Source: an uncultured Alphaproteobacteria bacterium (GTDB lineage: Bacteria > Pseudomonadota > Alphaproteobacteria > HIMB59 > GCA-002718135). Taken from it: a stretch of DNA of 64,000 bases. The DNA lies in assembly GCA_902593125.1 (NCBI GenBank), contig CACJGU010000006.1:3662-67661 (forward strand), written 5' to 3'. Shown piece after piece: positions 48,942 to 59,259 of the stretch (position 1 is the stretch's first letter; every line of letters starts with the position of its first letter). Both the position numbers and the translations under genes were made by a program. A model generated the notes under the pieces. It saw nothing but the letters and a program-made list of their open reading frames with translations. It ran no database searches and was not told where the DNA came from.

Positions 48942-49818
48942 AATTTGTTACTAAACTTCTATAATCTTTCATAAATTGAAAGGTTATTGATTTCTCACCT
49001 GTTTTAAATTTTTGAGAATCAATTGATTTTACAGGAGTTATTTCTGCTGCAGTCCCAGTTAAAAAAACTTCATCAAAATCCTTTAATTCATGTGGTTTTA
49101 TATATCGTTCAATTAAATCAAAACCTTTATCCTTAACCATTTTAATAACTGTTTGACGTGTAATGCCATTTAAGAAACAATCAGGTATTGGAGTGTGAAT
49201 TTCCTTATCTTTAACTAAAAAAATATTTGAGCTTGTTGCCTCAGCAATATAACCTCTGTAATCTAGCATTAAAGCTTCATTGTATCCTTTTTCTTCAGCA
49301 AATGATTTTGAAAGTGTACAGATTAAATATGGGCCAGAAGCTTTAGCTTCGAATGGTATTGAGTCTGGAGGAGGTCTTTTCCATGGTGAAGTTATTAAAC
49401 TTAGTCCTTCTTTCATGTCCTCAAAATTATAATATGTAGTCCAGTCATCCCAGACAGCAATTGAAACATGAACGTTTGAACTTTTTGTTGATAAACCCAT
49501 TAAATTACTTCCTCTCCAAGCAAATGGTCTTACGTAACAATCTTGATATTTCATTTTCTTGATAAGCTCATCTTTAGCTTTATTAATCTCACCTTCAGTG
49601 TATGGTATTTTGATTCCTACTGTTTCAGCTGATTTAAAAAATCTCTTAGTATGTTCCTCACTTTTGAAAATTTTACCATTGTATGCTCTTTCACCTTCAA
49701 AAACTGCACTTGCATAGTGTAAGCCTTGCGATATCACATGAGTTTTAGCTTTGCTCCAATCTACAAAGTCCCCATCATACCAGATCCAACCTTCTCTATT
49801 TTCAAACGATTTCAACAT
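48934..49818 (-). CDS. ilvE: Branched-chain amino acid aminotransferase
   Basis: GLHYASAVFEG, YVRP, AKASGPY, LNGITR, FLTGTAAE. Confidence 0.92.
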   Translation of the reverse strand: MLKSFENREGWIWYDGDFVDWSKAKTHVISQGLHYASAVFEGERAYNGKIFKSEEHTKRFFKSAETVGIKIPYTEGEINKAKDELIKKMKYQDCYVRPFAWRGSNLMGLSTKSSNVHVSIAVWDDWTTYYNFEDMKEGLSLITSPWKRPPPDSIPFEAKASGPYLICTLSKSFAEEKGYNEALMLDYRGYIAEATSSNIFLVKDKEIHTPIPDCFLNGITRQTVIKMVKDKGFDLIERYIKPHELKDFDEVFLTGTAAEITPVKSIDSQKFKTGEKSITFQFMKDYRSLVTNSN

Positions 49819-49880
49819 AAATAAAATATATTTATTTTTTAAATGACAATTGACTATCAGTGATGCATAATTAAGTCAAT

Positions 49881-50363
49881 ATGGCTGACCTAAATAATTT
49901 GTTAACTCCATTATTCCTAAATGAAAAGGAAATTAGGAAAATAATAGAATTAATGTTCTTTTCTTACAGAGATTTTACTTCTGGGCCTGATAAAATACTT
50001 GAAAAACTAAATTTTGGAAGGGCTCACCATAGGGTAATTTACTTTGTTGGGAAAAAGAATAATTTGACGATAAAAGAACTTCTTTCAATATTAAAAATCA
50101 CAAAACAAAGTCTGTCTAGAGTATTAAATCAGTTAGTTAAAGAAAAATATATAATTTTGTCTACAGGTGAAGATAAAAGAACAAAAAAACTCTCACTTTC
50201 AAAAAAAGGGCAGGATTTAGAAAAAAAATTATCTGATATACAAATAGCTAAAATTTATAATGTTATAAAAAAATTTGAAGAAATTGATATAAATGGTTTT
50301 AAAAAAGTATTGTTTGAAATGATAGATCATGACAATCAAAAAAAATTTGATGAAATAAACTAA
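49881..50363 (+). CDS. MarR family regulator (PetP-like)
   Basis: FFSYRDFT..PD, GRAHHR, ILKITKQSLSRVL. Confidence 0.85.
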   Translation: MADLNNLLTPLFLNEKEIRKIIELMFFSYRDFTSGPDKILEKLNFGRAHHRVIYFVGKKNNLTIKELLSILKITKQSLSRVLNQLVKEKYIILSTGEDKRTKKLSLSKKGQDLEKKLSDIQIAKIYNVIKKFEEIDINGFKKVLFEMIDHDNQKKFDEIN

Positions 50364-50367
50364 GAAT

Positions 50368-51048
50368 ATGAAAAAAAGTATACTCATCGTTGATGATGAT
50401 AAAAGATTGAGAGAACTTTTAAAAGATTATTTGACGGAAAAAAAATTTGAAGTCTATAGCTCTGAAGATTTTTTAGAGGCAAAAGAAATAATTTCCCTTA
50501 TTATATTTGATTTGGTTATTTTAGATAGGATGATGCCATCTGGAGACGGTATTGATTTAGTTGAATTCATAAAAGAAAAGTCAAATTCTCCAATCATTAT
50601 GTTAACAGCGATGAGTGAAGACCAAAATAAAATTGATGGACTAAAGATTGGAGCAGATGATTATTTAGCTAAACCGTTTGAACCTGAGGAACTCTATTTA
50701 AGAATAAAAAAACTTTTGAATTTATATAATAATAAGTCAAAAAAAGATTTAAAAATATCATTTGGTGAATTTATATTTGATATGAATTCATTAGAGTTAA
50801 AAATAAATAATAAAACTGTTTATCTTACTGAAGGTGAAAATAATTTATTATTAAAATTAATTTACAAAAGAAATGATATTGTTTTGAGAGAAGAATTAGC
50901 AGATCAAGAATTTGATGAATCTGAGTTACGTAAAGTAGATGTACGAATAACTAGATTGAGACAAAAATTAGAAAAAAATGCAAAACAACCTCAATTTGTT
51001 AAAACAATTAGAGGTAAGGGATATAAATTAATTTGTGATGAAATTTAA
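50368..51048 (+). CDS. OmpR-family response regulator (PetR-like)
   Basis: VDDD, LDRMMP, GADDYLAKPF, RLRQKLE, TIRGKGY. Confidence 0.9.
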   Translation: MKKSILIVDDDKRLRELLKDYLTEKKFEVYSSEDFLEAKEIISLIIFDLVILDRMMPSGDGIDLVEFIKEKSNSPIIMLTAMSEDQNKIDGLKIGADDYLAKPFEPEELYLRIKKLLNLYNNKSKKDLKISFGEFIFDMNSLELKINNKTVYLTEGENNLLLKLIYKRNDIVLREELADQEFDESELRKVDVRITRLRQKLEKNAKQPQFVKTIRGKGYKLICDEI

Positions 51049-52340
51049 TGATTAAAAAATTTATACCATCTACTTTAATTGGTCGTTCAATAATAATAAT
51101 ATTTGTACCTATTATCATATTAGTTCTATTAACTTCATTAGTTTTTTATCAAACATCTTGGAGTATAATATCTAAAAGATTAACTGAATCAGTTGTGGCA
51201 GATATTAATGTGCTAGTAAAGTTGATTGATGTAAATTTAGAAAATTATGCATTAGAGATTGCTAACAAAGATTTTAAAATGGATATAAAGATTATAGATG
51301 GCGAAGTAATTGATCCTCTATCAATAAATCTCAACAGGGGCATTTTATCTAGAAGACTTGAACAATCTTTATCAAATCTAAAAAAACCGTTTGTATATGA
51401 TTTAAGTAATTTAGAAAATGGTGCTTTAATAAAAATACAGTTAAATAATAAATTATTAATAATCAATGTAGATAAGGATAGAGTATATAGTCAAACGGCA
51501 TTTGTTTTTTTACTGTGGATGATTTTTGCTTCATTAATTTTACTATTCTTGTCTTATTTTTTGATGAACAAACAATTAAAACCTCTTAAGAGATTAGCCA
51601 TAATTGCTGAAACATTTGGAAGGGGATTAGATGCACCAGAATTAAAAAGTGTGGGAGCTTATGAAATAAGACAAACTTCTCAGGCTTTTAATCAAATGAG
51701 AACAAGAATTAATAGATTTTTAAAACAAAGAACAGATATGTTAGCTGGTGTTAGTCATGACTTGAGAACTCCTTTAACCAGAATGAAGCTTCAAGTATCA
51801 CTTATAAAAGACAAAAAAGCAAAATCTGAGTTAGAGCTTGATATTAATGAAATGACTGCAATGCTAGATAGTTATGTAAGTTTTGTAAAAACTGAATCTC
51901 CAGAAACAATAGAAAACATAGTAATCAATGATTTAATAAAAGACTGTGCAAAAAATTTTGATAGGAGTAAATATAAGATACAAATAAATGAAAAAAATAC
52001 TATCCAAACCTCTGGAAGACCTATTCAATTAAAAAGAGCATTTCAAAATATAATTAACAATTCAAAAAGATATGGAGATAAAATTATTATAAATATTTAT
52101 CTTAATGCTGATGGATGTAACATAGAAATAAATGATAATGGACCAGGTATTCCAAAAGAGAGTTTTGAGGACGTTTTTAAACCTTTTTTTACTCTTGATC
52201 CTTCAAGAAATAAACTTAAAGGGGAGAGTGGTCTTGGATTAACAATTACTAGAGATATAATTAGATCTCATGGAGGAGAAATTAAGCTTGGAAAATCACA
52301 ATTAGGTGGATTAAAATTATCTGTTCTGTTGCCAATATAA
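51048..52340 (+). CDS. EnvZ-like sensor histidine kinase
   Basis: Two TM helices, HAMP, SHDLRTPLTR, DNGPGI, GLGL. Confidence 0.9.
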   Translation: MIKKFIPSTLIGRSIIIIFVPIIILVLLTSLVFYQTSWSIISKRLTESVVADINVLVKLIDVNLENYALEIANKDFKMDIKIIDGEVIDPLSINLNRGILSRRLEQSLSNLKKPFVYDLSNLENGALIKIQLNNKLLIINVDKDRVYSQTAFVFLLWMIFASLILLFLSYFLMNKQLKPLKRLAIIAETFGRGLDAPELKSVGAYEIRQTSQAFNQMRTRINRFLKQRTDMLAGVSHDLRTPLTRMKLQVSLIKDKKAKSELELDINEMTAMLDSYVSFVKTESPETIENIVINDLIKDCAKNFDRSKYKIQINEKNTIQTSGRPIQLKRAFQNIINNSKRYGDKIIINIYLNADGCNIEINDNGPGIPKESFEDVFKPFFTLDPSRNKLKGESGLGLTITRDIIRSHGGEIKLGKSQLGGLKLSVLLPI

Positions 52341-52342
52341 AT

Positions 52343-52687
52343 TTAGTATAGCCTAACTCCATTCAATAATTTTTTAGAGGGTAAAACTAGTATTGGCTCA
52401 TTATTATCATCTGGTAAAGCTAGAACTAATACTTCAGAAATAATTTTACCAATTTGCTTTGGTGCAAAATTAACTACGGCAATAACTTGCTTGTTTATTA
52501 ATTGATTTGGATTATAATTTTTTCTTAGTTGAGCTGAACTTTTTTTTATACCAATTCCTTCACCAAAATTAATTTTAAGTATTATTGAAGGTTTTTTTAA
52601 CTGATTATATTCTTCTGCCTCAATAATTGTTCCGAGTCTAATATCTACTTTTTTAAAATCGAGGTATTGTATAGTTTTGTCTTCCAT
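52343..52687 (-). CDS. csaA: tRNA-binding protein / CsaA chaperone
   Basis: DIRLGTI, KKSSAQ, VVNFAPKQIG..SEVLVL. Confidence 0.85.
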   Translation of the reverse strand: MEDKTIQYLDFKKVDIRLGTIIEAEEYNQLKKPSIILKINFGEGIGIKKSSAQLRKNYNPNQLINKQVIAVVNFAPKQIGKIISEVLVLALPDDNNEPILVLPSKKLLNGVRLY

Positions 52688-53223
52688 TAGAATATTTTTA
52701 AATATTTATCTAAATTGTTTAAATATTTATCAAGGGCTGTCATAGTTTTTTCTAGAGATTCAGTTTCATCATTAGTCCAAGAATAAATCGTTAATATATA
52801 TAAAGCAAAAATAACTTTCAATTTAGGTAATCCTTTTAATCCATCAATATTTATATTCGATAAAGTTGACATTAAAACTATGCTCTCAACGAATGATGGA
52901 GTAATAAAAAATAACTCATTAGGGTTTTTTAAAAAAAATTTAATTAATTTTTTAATTGATTTTCTATATTCATTAAGAATATCGAGCCTTGCCATAAAAA
53001 CTTCAAATAACATGTCCTTTTTTGATGACTCCTCTAAAGAAGAAAGGTTTTTTTTAAGTAAGAAATCAAAATATGTATTTAAATTTTTTAGCAAATCCCT
53101 TTTATCTTTAAAAAAACTATCTTCTCTTACCTTCAAGACTTTTAATAAAGTAATTTTTTCCCACGAATTATTTTCTAATAATTGTAATGTTTTTTTTGCA
53201 ATTAAGATCTTATTTTTTTGCAT
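52687..53223 (-). CDS. Conserved alphaproteobacterial TetR-like helical protein
   Basis: KDMLFEVFMARLDIL, W..DE...LEKTM.ALD; HTH degenerate. Confidence 0.6.
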   Translation of the reverse strand: MQKNKILIAKKTLQLLENNSWEKITLLKVLKVREDSFFKDKRDLLKNLNTYFDFLLKKNLSSLEESSKKDMLFEVFMARLDILNEYRKSIKKLIKFFLKNPNELFFITPSFVESIVLMSTLSNINIDGLKGLPKLKVIFALYILTIYSWTNDETESLEKTMTALDKYLNNLDKYLKIF

Positions 53224-53224
53224 T

Positions 53225-54034
53225 TTATTTACTTTGATCTTTAGCTCTTTTAAAGGCCTCTGAGGTCAATTGAAAAAATAATTTGTGTAAATTTTTTTTA
53301 TTCATTACTTTAAGACCTGCTTCGGTTGTTCCTCCTTTAGTGGCAACACTTTTAACTAAATCTTTAGCAGACTTTTTATTTTCTTGTATTAAATTAACTG
53401 ATCCTTTAAAAGTTTGTAAAACAAGTGTTCTAGCAATATTTGTATTAAAACCTAATCCAATTGCTGCTTTTTCCATTGCATCAATTAAATTGAAAACAAA
53501 ACCAGGGCCACTACCTGAAATAGCCGTAGCCATATCAATTTCATTTTCATCTTTCAAATATATAGACCTTCCAGAATAATTAAAAATCTTCAGAACCTGA
53601 TTCTTCCTAAATTTACTCATATTTTTATTTGCAGTTATACAATTCATACTTTCTCCAATAGAAGCTGGTAAATTAGGCATAACTCTAAAAAAATATTTTA
53701 TTTTTTTTAATCTATTTTTAAACTCTTTGATTTTCTTACCCGCAATTATACTAATAACGATACATGTTTTTTTAAATTCAACTTCAGAAAACTCATCTAA
53801 TACATTCTTTAAATCAAATGGTTTGACAGCAAAAATTATAAAATCTGTATCAAAATGTTTATCTATTTTAGAAACAGATTTAAAGATTTGAATTTTCTTA
53901 TTTTTATAATTGTTTTTAAGATAATTGTATTTAATTGGATCGATAACAGTTACATAATAATTATTTGATTTGAGCCACGAGGTTAGTAAAGCTTCTCCCA
54001 TATGCCCACATCCAACAAGTAAAATTTTTTTCAT
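53225..54034 (-). CDS. proC: Pyrroline-5-carboxylate reductase (start refined to ATG 54034)
   Basis: GCGHMG, AVKP, RVMPN, TAISGSGP, VATKGGTT. Confidence 0.93.
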   Translation of the reverse strand: MKKILLVGCGHMGEALLTSWLKSNNYYVTVIDPIKYNYLKNNYKNKKIQIFKSVSKIDKHFDTDFIIFAVKPFDLKNVLDEFSEVEFKKTCIVISIIAGKKIKEFKNRLKKIKYFFRVMPNLPASIGESMNCITANKNMSKFRKNQVLKIFNYSGRSIYLKDENEIDMATAISGSGPGFVFNLIDAMEKAAIGLGFNTNIARTLVLQTFKGSVNLIQENKKSAKDLVKSVATKGGTTEAGLKVMNKKNLHKLFFQLTSEAFKRAKDQSK

Positions 54035-54069
54035 GTATATTAAAATATATATTAACAATAATATATATT

Positions 54070-54558
54070 TTAAGCTCTGCCAATTATTTCAAAGTTTGAG
54101 AATTTAATTGCTTCTCTTGGGGTTATTTCATCAAATAAAACTTGTTGAAAGCTAGGATAGAACTTTTCACACTCATATATCCCTATATCAACTAGATCTT
54201 CAAATTTTTTATGAAGAACTTCTGTTTCTGTATTTGATAAAATTGTATGTCTAAATGCAGGTATCCCGTTTCTGCTTGTTATATCAAAATGACCTATCCA
54301 TAAATTTTCATTAATTAAACCAAGCAATTCATAGGCTTTATTTAGTTTTATTTCAGGAAATCTAATATCAAAGGTAATTGATAGACTAAGTGCATTGATA
54401 TTTTCTGACCATGTAAAATAAAGTCTGTAAGCACACCATTGAGAAGAAATTTCGGCTACAAGTTCATGATCATCAGCTCTACTAAAGTTCCATTTTTTTT
54501 GATGAATTACATCTTCAACTATATCTATTGGATTTAATAACATATTATCATTTTCCAT
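54070..54558 (-). CDS. YbjN-domain protein
   Basis: NPIDIVE, INENLWIGHFD, ECEKFYPSFQ, GRA C-terminus; upstream of proC. Confidence 0.8.
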   Translation of the reverse strand: MENDNMLLNPIDIVEDVIHQKKWNFSRADDHELVAEISSQWCAYRLYFTWSENINALSLSITFDIRFPEIKLNKAYELLGLINENLWIGHFDITSRNGIPAFRHTILSNTETEVLHKKFEDLVDIGIYECEKFYPSFQQVLFDEITPREAIKFSNFEIIGRA

Positions 54559-54603
54559 ACATTATGTAGTACATATTTAAAAAGTAAGTACTAGATATGG
54601 ATT
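54557..54603. promoter_or_regulatory. Tandem NrdR boxes
   Basis: ATACATTATGTAGTAC (54557-54572) and GTACTAGATATGGATT (54588-54603), 31 bp apart, matching acaCwAtATaTwGtgt. Confidence 0.65.
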
Positions 54604-54672
54604 ACTAAAAATTTACGATGTTTTGCAAGATTATTTATTAAAAAACTAGAATAAATGTGAATAATTAAGGAT

Positions 54673-54969
54673 TTACTTCGTTTTTTTGCGTTTCTTATTG
54701 GAATTAGACCTTTTTATTGTTGTTTTTTTCTTCTTTTTAACTCTTCTTTTTGGGGTTTTTTTTAAATTTTCATTATCATCAATTAATTTTTGCACCATTT
54801 TTTTTAATACTTCAAATTCATCTTTTTTGACTAAATTCATTTTTTTTATGACTTTATTAACTCTTAAAGAAACTATTGTCTCAATTTCCTCTTTTATTCC
54901 AGAAAATGTGCTCATTGCGTCTACTGCAAATTTTGATAAATCTGATAAGATTTTGTTTTTATTAACCAT
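54673..54969 (-). CDS. Accessory factor UbiK (BMFP) family protein with basic tail
   Basis: ILSDLSK...KEEIET...MNLVKKDEFEVLK; divergent from lgt. Confidence 0.75.
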   Translation of the reverse strand: MVNKNKILSDLSKFAVDAMSTFSGIKEEIETIVSLRVNKVIKKMNLVKKDEFEVLKKMVQKLIDDNENLKKTPKRRVKKKKKTTIKRSNSNKKRKKTK

Positions 54970-54992
54970 TTTTTTAATAATAATATAACTAT

Positions 54993-55787
54993 ATGAATTT
55001 TATTCAACCTTCAATAGATCCAGTGATTATATCATTCGGTTTTGTTGATATTCGATGGTACAGCTTAGCATATATACTAGGATTAATTATTGGTTTAGTC
55101 ATAATGAAAAGGCTAAATAAATTTAGTAATAATTTTATAGACCCAAAACATTTAGATAATTTTTTTGTTTGGGCTGTTATAGGTATTATCATTGGGGGTA
55201 GAATAGGTTACGTTTTATTTTATCAATTTAATTTATTTATTACAAATCCTCTCTATATTATTGAGATTTGGAATGGTGGAATGTCGTTTCATGGTGGTCT
55301 TATAGGTATAATTGTAAGTATTTACTTATTTTCTAAAATTAATAGGATAAATTTTTTTTATCTTTCTGATTTAGTTTCAATTGTCGCGCCAATTGGAATA
55401 TTTTTTGGGAGAATCGCAAACTTTATAAATACTGAGTTAATTGGAAAACCAACTGATTTTTATATATCAGTTATTTATCCATCAATAGATGATATTCCCA
55501 GACACCCCTCTCAACTTTATGAAGCAATGTTTGAAGGTTTAATTTTATTCATTTTTTTGATTACATTTTTTTATAAAACAAAAGATTTTTTAAAACATGG
55601 CATCATAAGTGGTCTTTTTTTATGCTGTTATTCTTTTTTTAGATTTATTATTGAATTTATAAGAGAGCCGGACATACAAATAGGATTATTATTTAATTTT
55701 ATTTCAATGGGTCAATTATTATGTGTTCCAGTATTTATAATTGGCTTTATAATTATTCAATATCATGCAAGTAGAAAAAATAATTAA
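54993..55787 (+). CDS. lgt: Prolipoprotein diacylglyceryl transferase
   Basis: IRWYSLAY, GGRIGYVLFY, GGMSFHGG, GRIANFINTE, RHPSQLYE, EFIREPD. Confidence 0.95.
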   Translation: MNFIQPSIDPVIISFGFVDIRWYSLAYILGLIIGLVIMKRLNKFSNNFIDPKHLDNFFVWAVIGIIIGGRIGYVLFYQFNLFITNPLYIIEIWNGGMSFHGGLIGIIVSIYLFSKINRINFFYLSDLVSIVAPIGIFFGRIANFINTELIGKPTDFYISVIYPSIDDIPRHPSQLYEAMFEGLILFIFLITFFYKTKDFLKHGIISGLFLCCYSFFRFIIEFIREPDIQIGLLFNFISMGQLLCVPVFIIGFIIIQYHASRKNN

Positions 55788-56799
55788 GTCTGAAATAATT
55801 ACAAAAAAAAGAGGTATGCGTTTAGATATTTTTTTAAAAAAAGCGCTTTTTAGTAAAGATGGATATTATAGTAAAAGAAATCCAATAGGTAAAATAAAAG
55901 ATTTTGTAACTGCTCCAGAAATTTCACAAATTTTTGGAGAAATAGTTGGCATGTATCTATATTATTTTTGGAAAACAAAAATAAATTCAAAATATAATTT
56001 AATAGAATTAGGTCCAGGCAAAGCTACTTTATTTATGGATATTGCAAATAGTGTTTCAAAATTACCAGGCTTTTTAGAAAAATCAGAAATTTCATTTATT
56101 GAAATTAATCAAAAGTTAATAAAGTTACAAAAGAAAAATACCAAAACATTATTAAAAAATATAAAATGGAAAAAAAAAATCAATTTTAATTCTCATTTAC
56201 CCTCAATTATATACTCAAATGAGTTTTTTGATTGCTTCCCAGTAAGACAGTTTACTTATAAAAATGTCTGGTTTGAGAAATATGTTAATTTTAATAGAAA
56301 AAATAATAGTTTTTATCTTGAAAATAAACAAGTAAATAACAAAAAATTACTTACCCAATTAAACTTTCATAAAAAAAATAATTTATTAGAAATTTCATTT
56401 GAAAGAAATAAATATTTTGAAAATATTTGTAAATTTATAAAAAAAAATAGAGGTATTTTTCTTACTGTAGACTATGGATATTTAAATAATAATAAAAATT
56501 TTACATTACAGGCAATACAAAATCATAAATTCTCTCATGTATTAGAAAATATTGGTGAAAAGGATATTTCAAGTCATGTAAATTTTGAAGATTTAATTAA
56601 TATTGCTAAGCAAAATAATTTAAAAATTGAAGAATATACTTCTCAAAGGGAATTTTTATTAAAATTTGGAATTTTAGAGAGAATAAAAACTTTTAATAAA
56701 TCCAGATACAAAAATAAAATTAATATTGGAATAGACAGATTAATTAATAATAATGAAATGGGAAATTTATTTAAATTTTTAATAGTTTCAAATTTATGA
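55765..56799 (+). CDS. SAM-dependent methyltransferase, MidA/NDUFAF7 family
   Basis: GYY, DFVTAPEISQIFGE, ELGPG, NEFFDCFP, DYG, DISSHVNF. Confidence 0.88.
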   Translation: MQVEKIIKSEIITKKRGMRLDIFLKKALFSKDGYYSKRNPIGKIKDFVTAPEISQIFGEIVGMYLYYFWKTKINSKYNLIELGPGKATLFMDIANSVSKLPGFLEKSEISFIEINQKLIKLQKKNTKTLLKNIKWKKKINFNSHLPSIIYSNEFFDCFPVRQFTYKNVWFEKYVNFNRKNNSFYLENKQVNNKKLLTQLNFHKKNNLLEISFERNKYFENICKFIKKNRGIFLTVDYGYLNNNKNFTLQAIQNHKFSHVLENIGEKDISSHVNFEDLINIAKQNNLKIEEYTSQREFLLKFGILERIKTFNKSRYKNKINIGIDRLINNNEMGNLFKFLIVSNL

Positions 56800-57566
56800 A
56801 TCAAAGTATTTACTATAATATAAAAAAATTTCGTAAAATTGTCACTTGTGGTTTTTTTACATCAAAAGGAGGAACCTCTAAAGGAAATTTTCATTCTTTA
56901 AATTGTAGTAAAAGTAATAAGGATAATAAAATTAATGTTTCTAGAAACATAAAAATTGCTCTAAAAAATTTAAATATTGATAACAAAAAACTTAAACTAA
57001 TAAATCAAATACATTCAAATAAAACTTATATTATAAATGATAATAACTTTAATAAAAAACTTTATGGAGACGGACTAATATCAAAGAGCAAAAACATTGC
57101 TTTAGGTGTTTTAACAGCAGATTGTGCTCCTATTTTTTTGTTTGATAATAAAAAAAGAATAATTTGTTGCCTACATTCAGGCTGGAGGGGAACTTTATTA
57201 AATATAATTAAAGAAGGTATAAAAAAAATTGAAAACAGCAAAATTAATAGAAAAGATATAATTGCTATTGTGGGCCCTTGTATAGCCTTTAAAAATTATG
57301 AGGTTGATAAAAAATTTAAATCTAAATTTATAAAAAAAAATATTCGATATTCTCAATTTTTTAAACCAAAGAACAATACAAAAGATTTATTTAATTTACG
57401 TGGTTTAATAAATTATCAATTAAAAAGGGAGAGAATTTCAAATATATTCAATATAAAAAAAGATACCTATAAAAACAATCAGATTTTTTTCAGTCATAGG
57501 AGAATGAGTCATCAAAATCGTAGCTCAGAAGGAAGAATGATAAATATCATCTGTTTAAAAGATTAA
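56796..57566 (+). CDS. pgeF: YfiH/PgeF family (laccase-domain) protein
   Basis: GFFT..GG.S....SLN, QIHS, TADCAP, HSGWRG, GPCI, FFSHRR. Confidence 0.88.
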   Translation: MNQSIYYNIKKFRKIVTCGFFTSKGGTSKGNFHSLNCSKSNKDNKINVSRNIKIALKNLNIDNKKLKLINQIHSNKTYIINDNNFNKKLYGDGLISKSKNIALGVLTADCAPIFLFDNKKRIICCLHSGWRGTLLNIIKEGIKKIENSKINRKDIIAIVGPCIAFKNYEVDKKFKSKFIKKNIRYSQFFKPKNNTKDLFNLRGLINYQLKRERISNIFNIKKDTYKNNQIFFSHRRMSHQNRSSEGRMINIICLKD

Positions 57567-57613
57567 TTTCTATTGAACTATTTTCTATCTGATATAGTAG
57601 TGAATTCTGTTTA

Positions 57614-58549
57614 ATGAAAATCATCGCTTGTAATAGCAGTAAATCTCTTTCAGAAAAAATCTCAGAACATATTGGAACGCCATTAGCTGATGCGTCTCTA
57701 AGAACTTTTAACGATAGAGAAATCTTTGTAGAAATAAATGAAAACATTAGAGGTGAAGATGTTTTTATAATTCAATCAACCTCTCATCCTGCTAACGATC
57801 ATTTAATGGAACTATTGATAACAATTGATGCAGCACGAAGAGGATCTGCAAAAAGAATTACAGCAGTAATTCCTTATTATGGATATGCTAGGCAAGACCG
57901 TAAAACAGGACCACGTACACCCATAACCGCAAAATTAGTTGCAAACTTAGTTACATCAGCAGGAGCCCACCGGGTATTAACAATGGATTTACATGCAGGG
58001 CAAATTCAAGGCTTTTTTGACATACCTCTTGATAATATTTTTTCTGCCCCACCTATTCTTAAGGATATTAAAGAAAAGTTTGCAGGAAACAAAGATATAG
58101 TTGTTGCATCTCCTGATGTAGGAGGTGTTGTAAGAGCCAGAGCTTTTGCAAAAAGATTAGACGCTGGTCTAGCTATAGCAGACAAAAGAAGAGAAAAAGC
58201 AGGCGAGTCAGAAGTAATGAATATAATTGGAGATGTTAAAAATAAAACGTGTATTTTACTTGATGATATTGCTGACTCAGCAGGTACTTTATGTAATGCA
58301 GCTGAAGCTCTTAAAAATAATGGAGCTAAAGAAATTTACTCTTACATTGTACACGGAGTATTATCAGGTAAAGCGTTAGAAAGAATATCAAACTCTGCAA
58401 TAAAAGAATTAGTTTTGACTGATACTATTGAGCCAACAAAAGAGGTAAAAAATACAAAAAACATTAGACATATTAGTATTGCTCCTTTAATGGGTGAGGC
58501 GATTAAAAGGATTAGTAGTGACGCATCTGTCTCTGCGCTTTTTGATTAA
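57614..58549 (+). CDS. prs: Ribose-phosphate pyrophosphokinase
   Basis: [40 protein letters not shown]. Confidence 0.96.
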   Translation: MKIIACNSSKSLSEKISEHIGTPLADASLRTFNDREIFVEINENIRGEDVFIIQSTSHPANDHLMELLITIDAARRGSAKRITAVIPYYGYARQDRKTGPRTPITAKLVANLVTSAGAHRVLTMDLHAGQIQGFFDIPLDNIFSAPPILKDIKEKFAGNKDIVVASPDVGGVVRARAFAKRLDAGLAIADKRREKAGESEVMNIIGDVKNKTCILLDDIADSAGTLCNAAEALKNNGAKEIYSYIVHGVLSGKALERISNSAIKELVLTDTIEPTKEVKNTKNIRHISIAPLMGEAIKRISSDASVSALFD

Positions 58550-58560
58550 TTTTTAAGATT

Positions 58561-59238
58561 ATGGAAAATTATAAAGCATTAGATAGAAACAAAGAAGCAG
58601 GTTCAATTCATAGCCTTCTTACCAAGGGTATGGTGCCTGGTATAATTTATGGAAAAGGATCTGAACCAACTAAAATCGCTTTAGAAGATAAAATTTTAAT
58701 GAAACTTATGAATAGTGGCTCATTTTATTCAACAATTATTGACATTGATGTAAATGGGAAAGTTGAAAAAATCCTTCCAAAGCAACTACAATATCATCCA
58801 GTAAGCGATAAGCTTATTCATTTTGATTTTTTAAGAGTTCAAGAAAATACAAAAGTTAACGTAGAGATTCCAATCGAATTTTTAAATCAAGATAAATGTC
58901 CAGGTCTAAAAAAAGGTGGTGTACTTAATACAGTTAGAAGACTGATTGAACTTACATGTAATGCAAATAATATTCCTAGTAAACTTGAGTTTGATTTAAT
59001 TGAAAGTGAAATAGGTGATGCTGTTAAGATTAGTAATATAAAACTTCCAGAAGGTGTTGCTCCTACTATAGCAGATAGAGATTTTGTAATAGCTACTTTA
59101 GTTCCACCAACTGTAGAAGTCGAAACAAAAACTGAAGAAGCTTCAGAAGAAGCTGCCTCAGAAGGTGCCGAAGAAAAATCAGAAGAAAAGAAAGAAGATA
59201 CTTCTGATAAAAAAGAAGAAAATAAAGAATCTAAATAA
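58561..59238 (+). CDS. rplY: 50S ribosomal protein L25/Ctc
   Basis: VPGIIYG, QYHPV...HFDF, PGLKKGG; prs-rplY-pth synteny. Confidence 0.93.
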   Translation: MENYKALDRNKEAGSIHSLLTKGMVPGIIYGKGSEPTKIALEDKILMKLMNSGSFYSTIIDIDVNGKVEKILPKQLQYHPVSDKLIHFDFLRVQENTKVNVEIPIEFLNQDKCPGLKKGGVLNTVRRLIELTCNANNIPSKLEFDLIESEIGDAVKISNIKLPEGVAPTIADRDFVIATLVPPTVEVETKTEEASEEAASEGAEEKSEEKKEDTSDKKEENKESK

Positions 59239-59259
59239 ATTTACTTTATATTCCATCAT

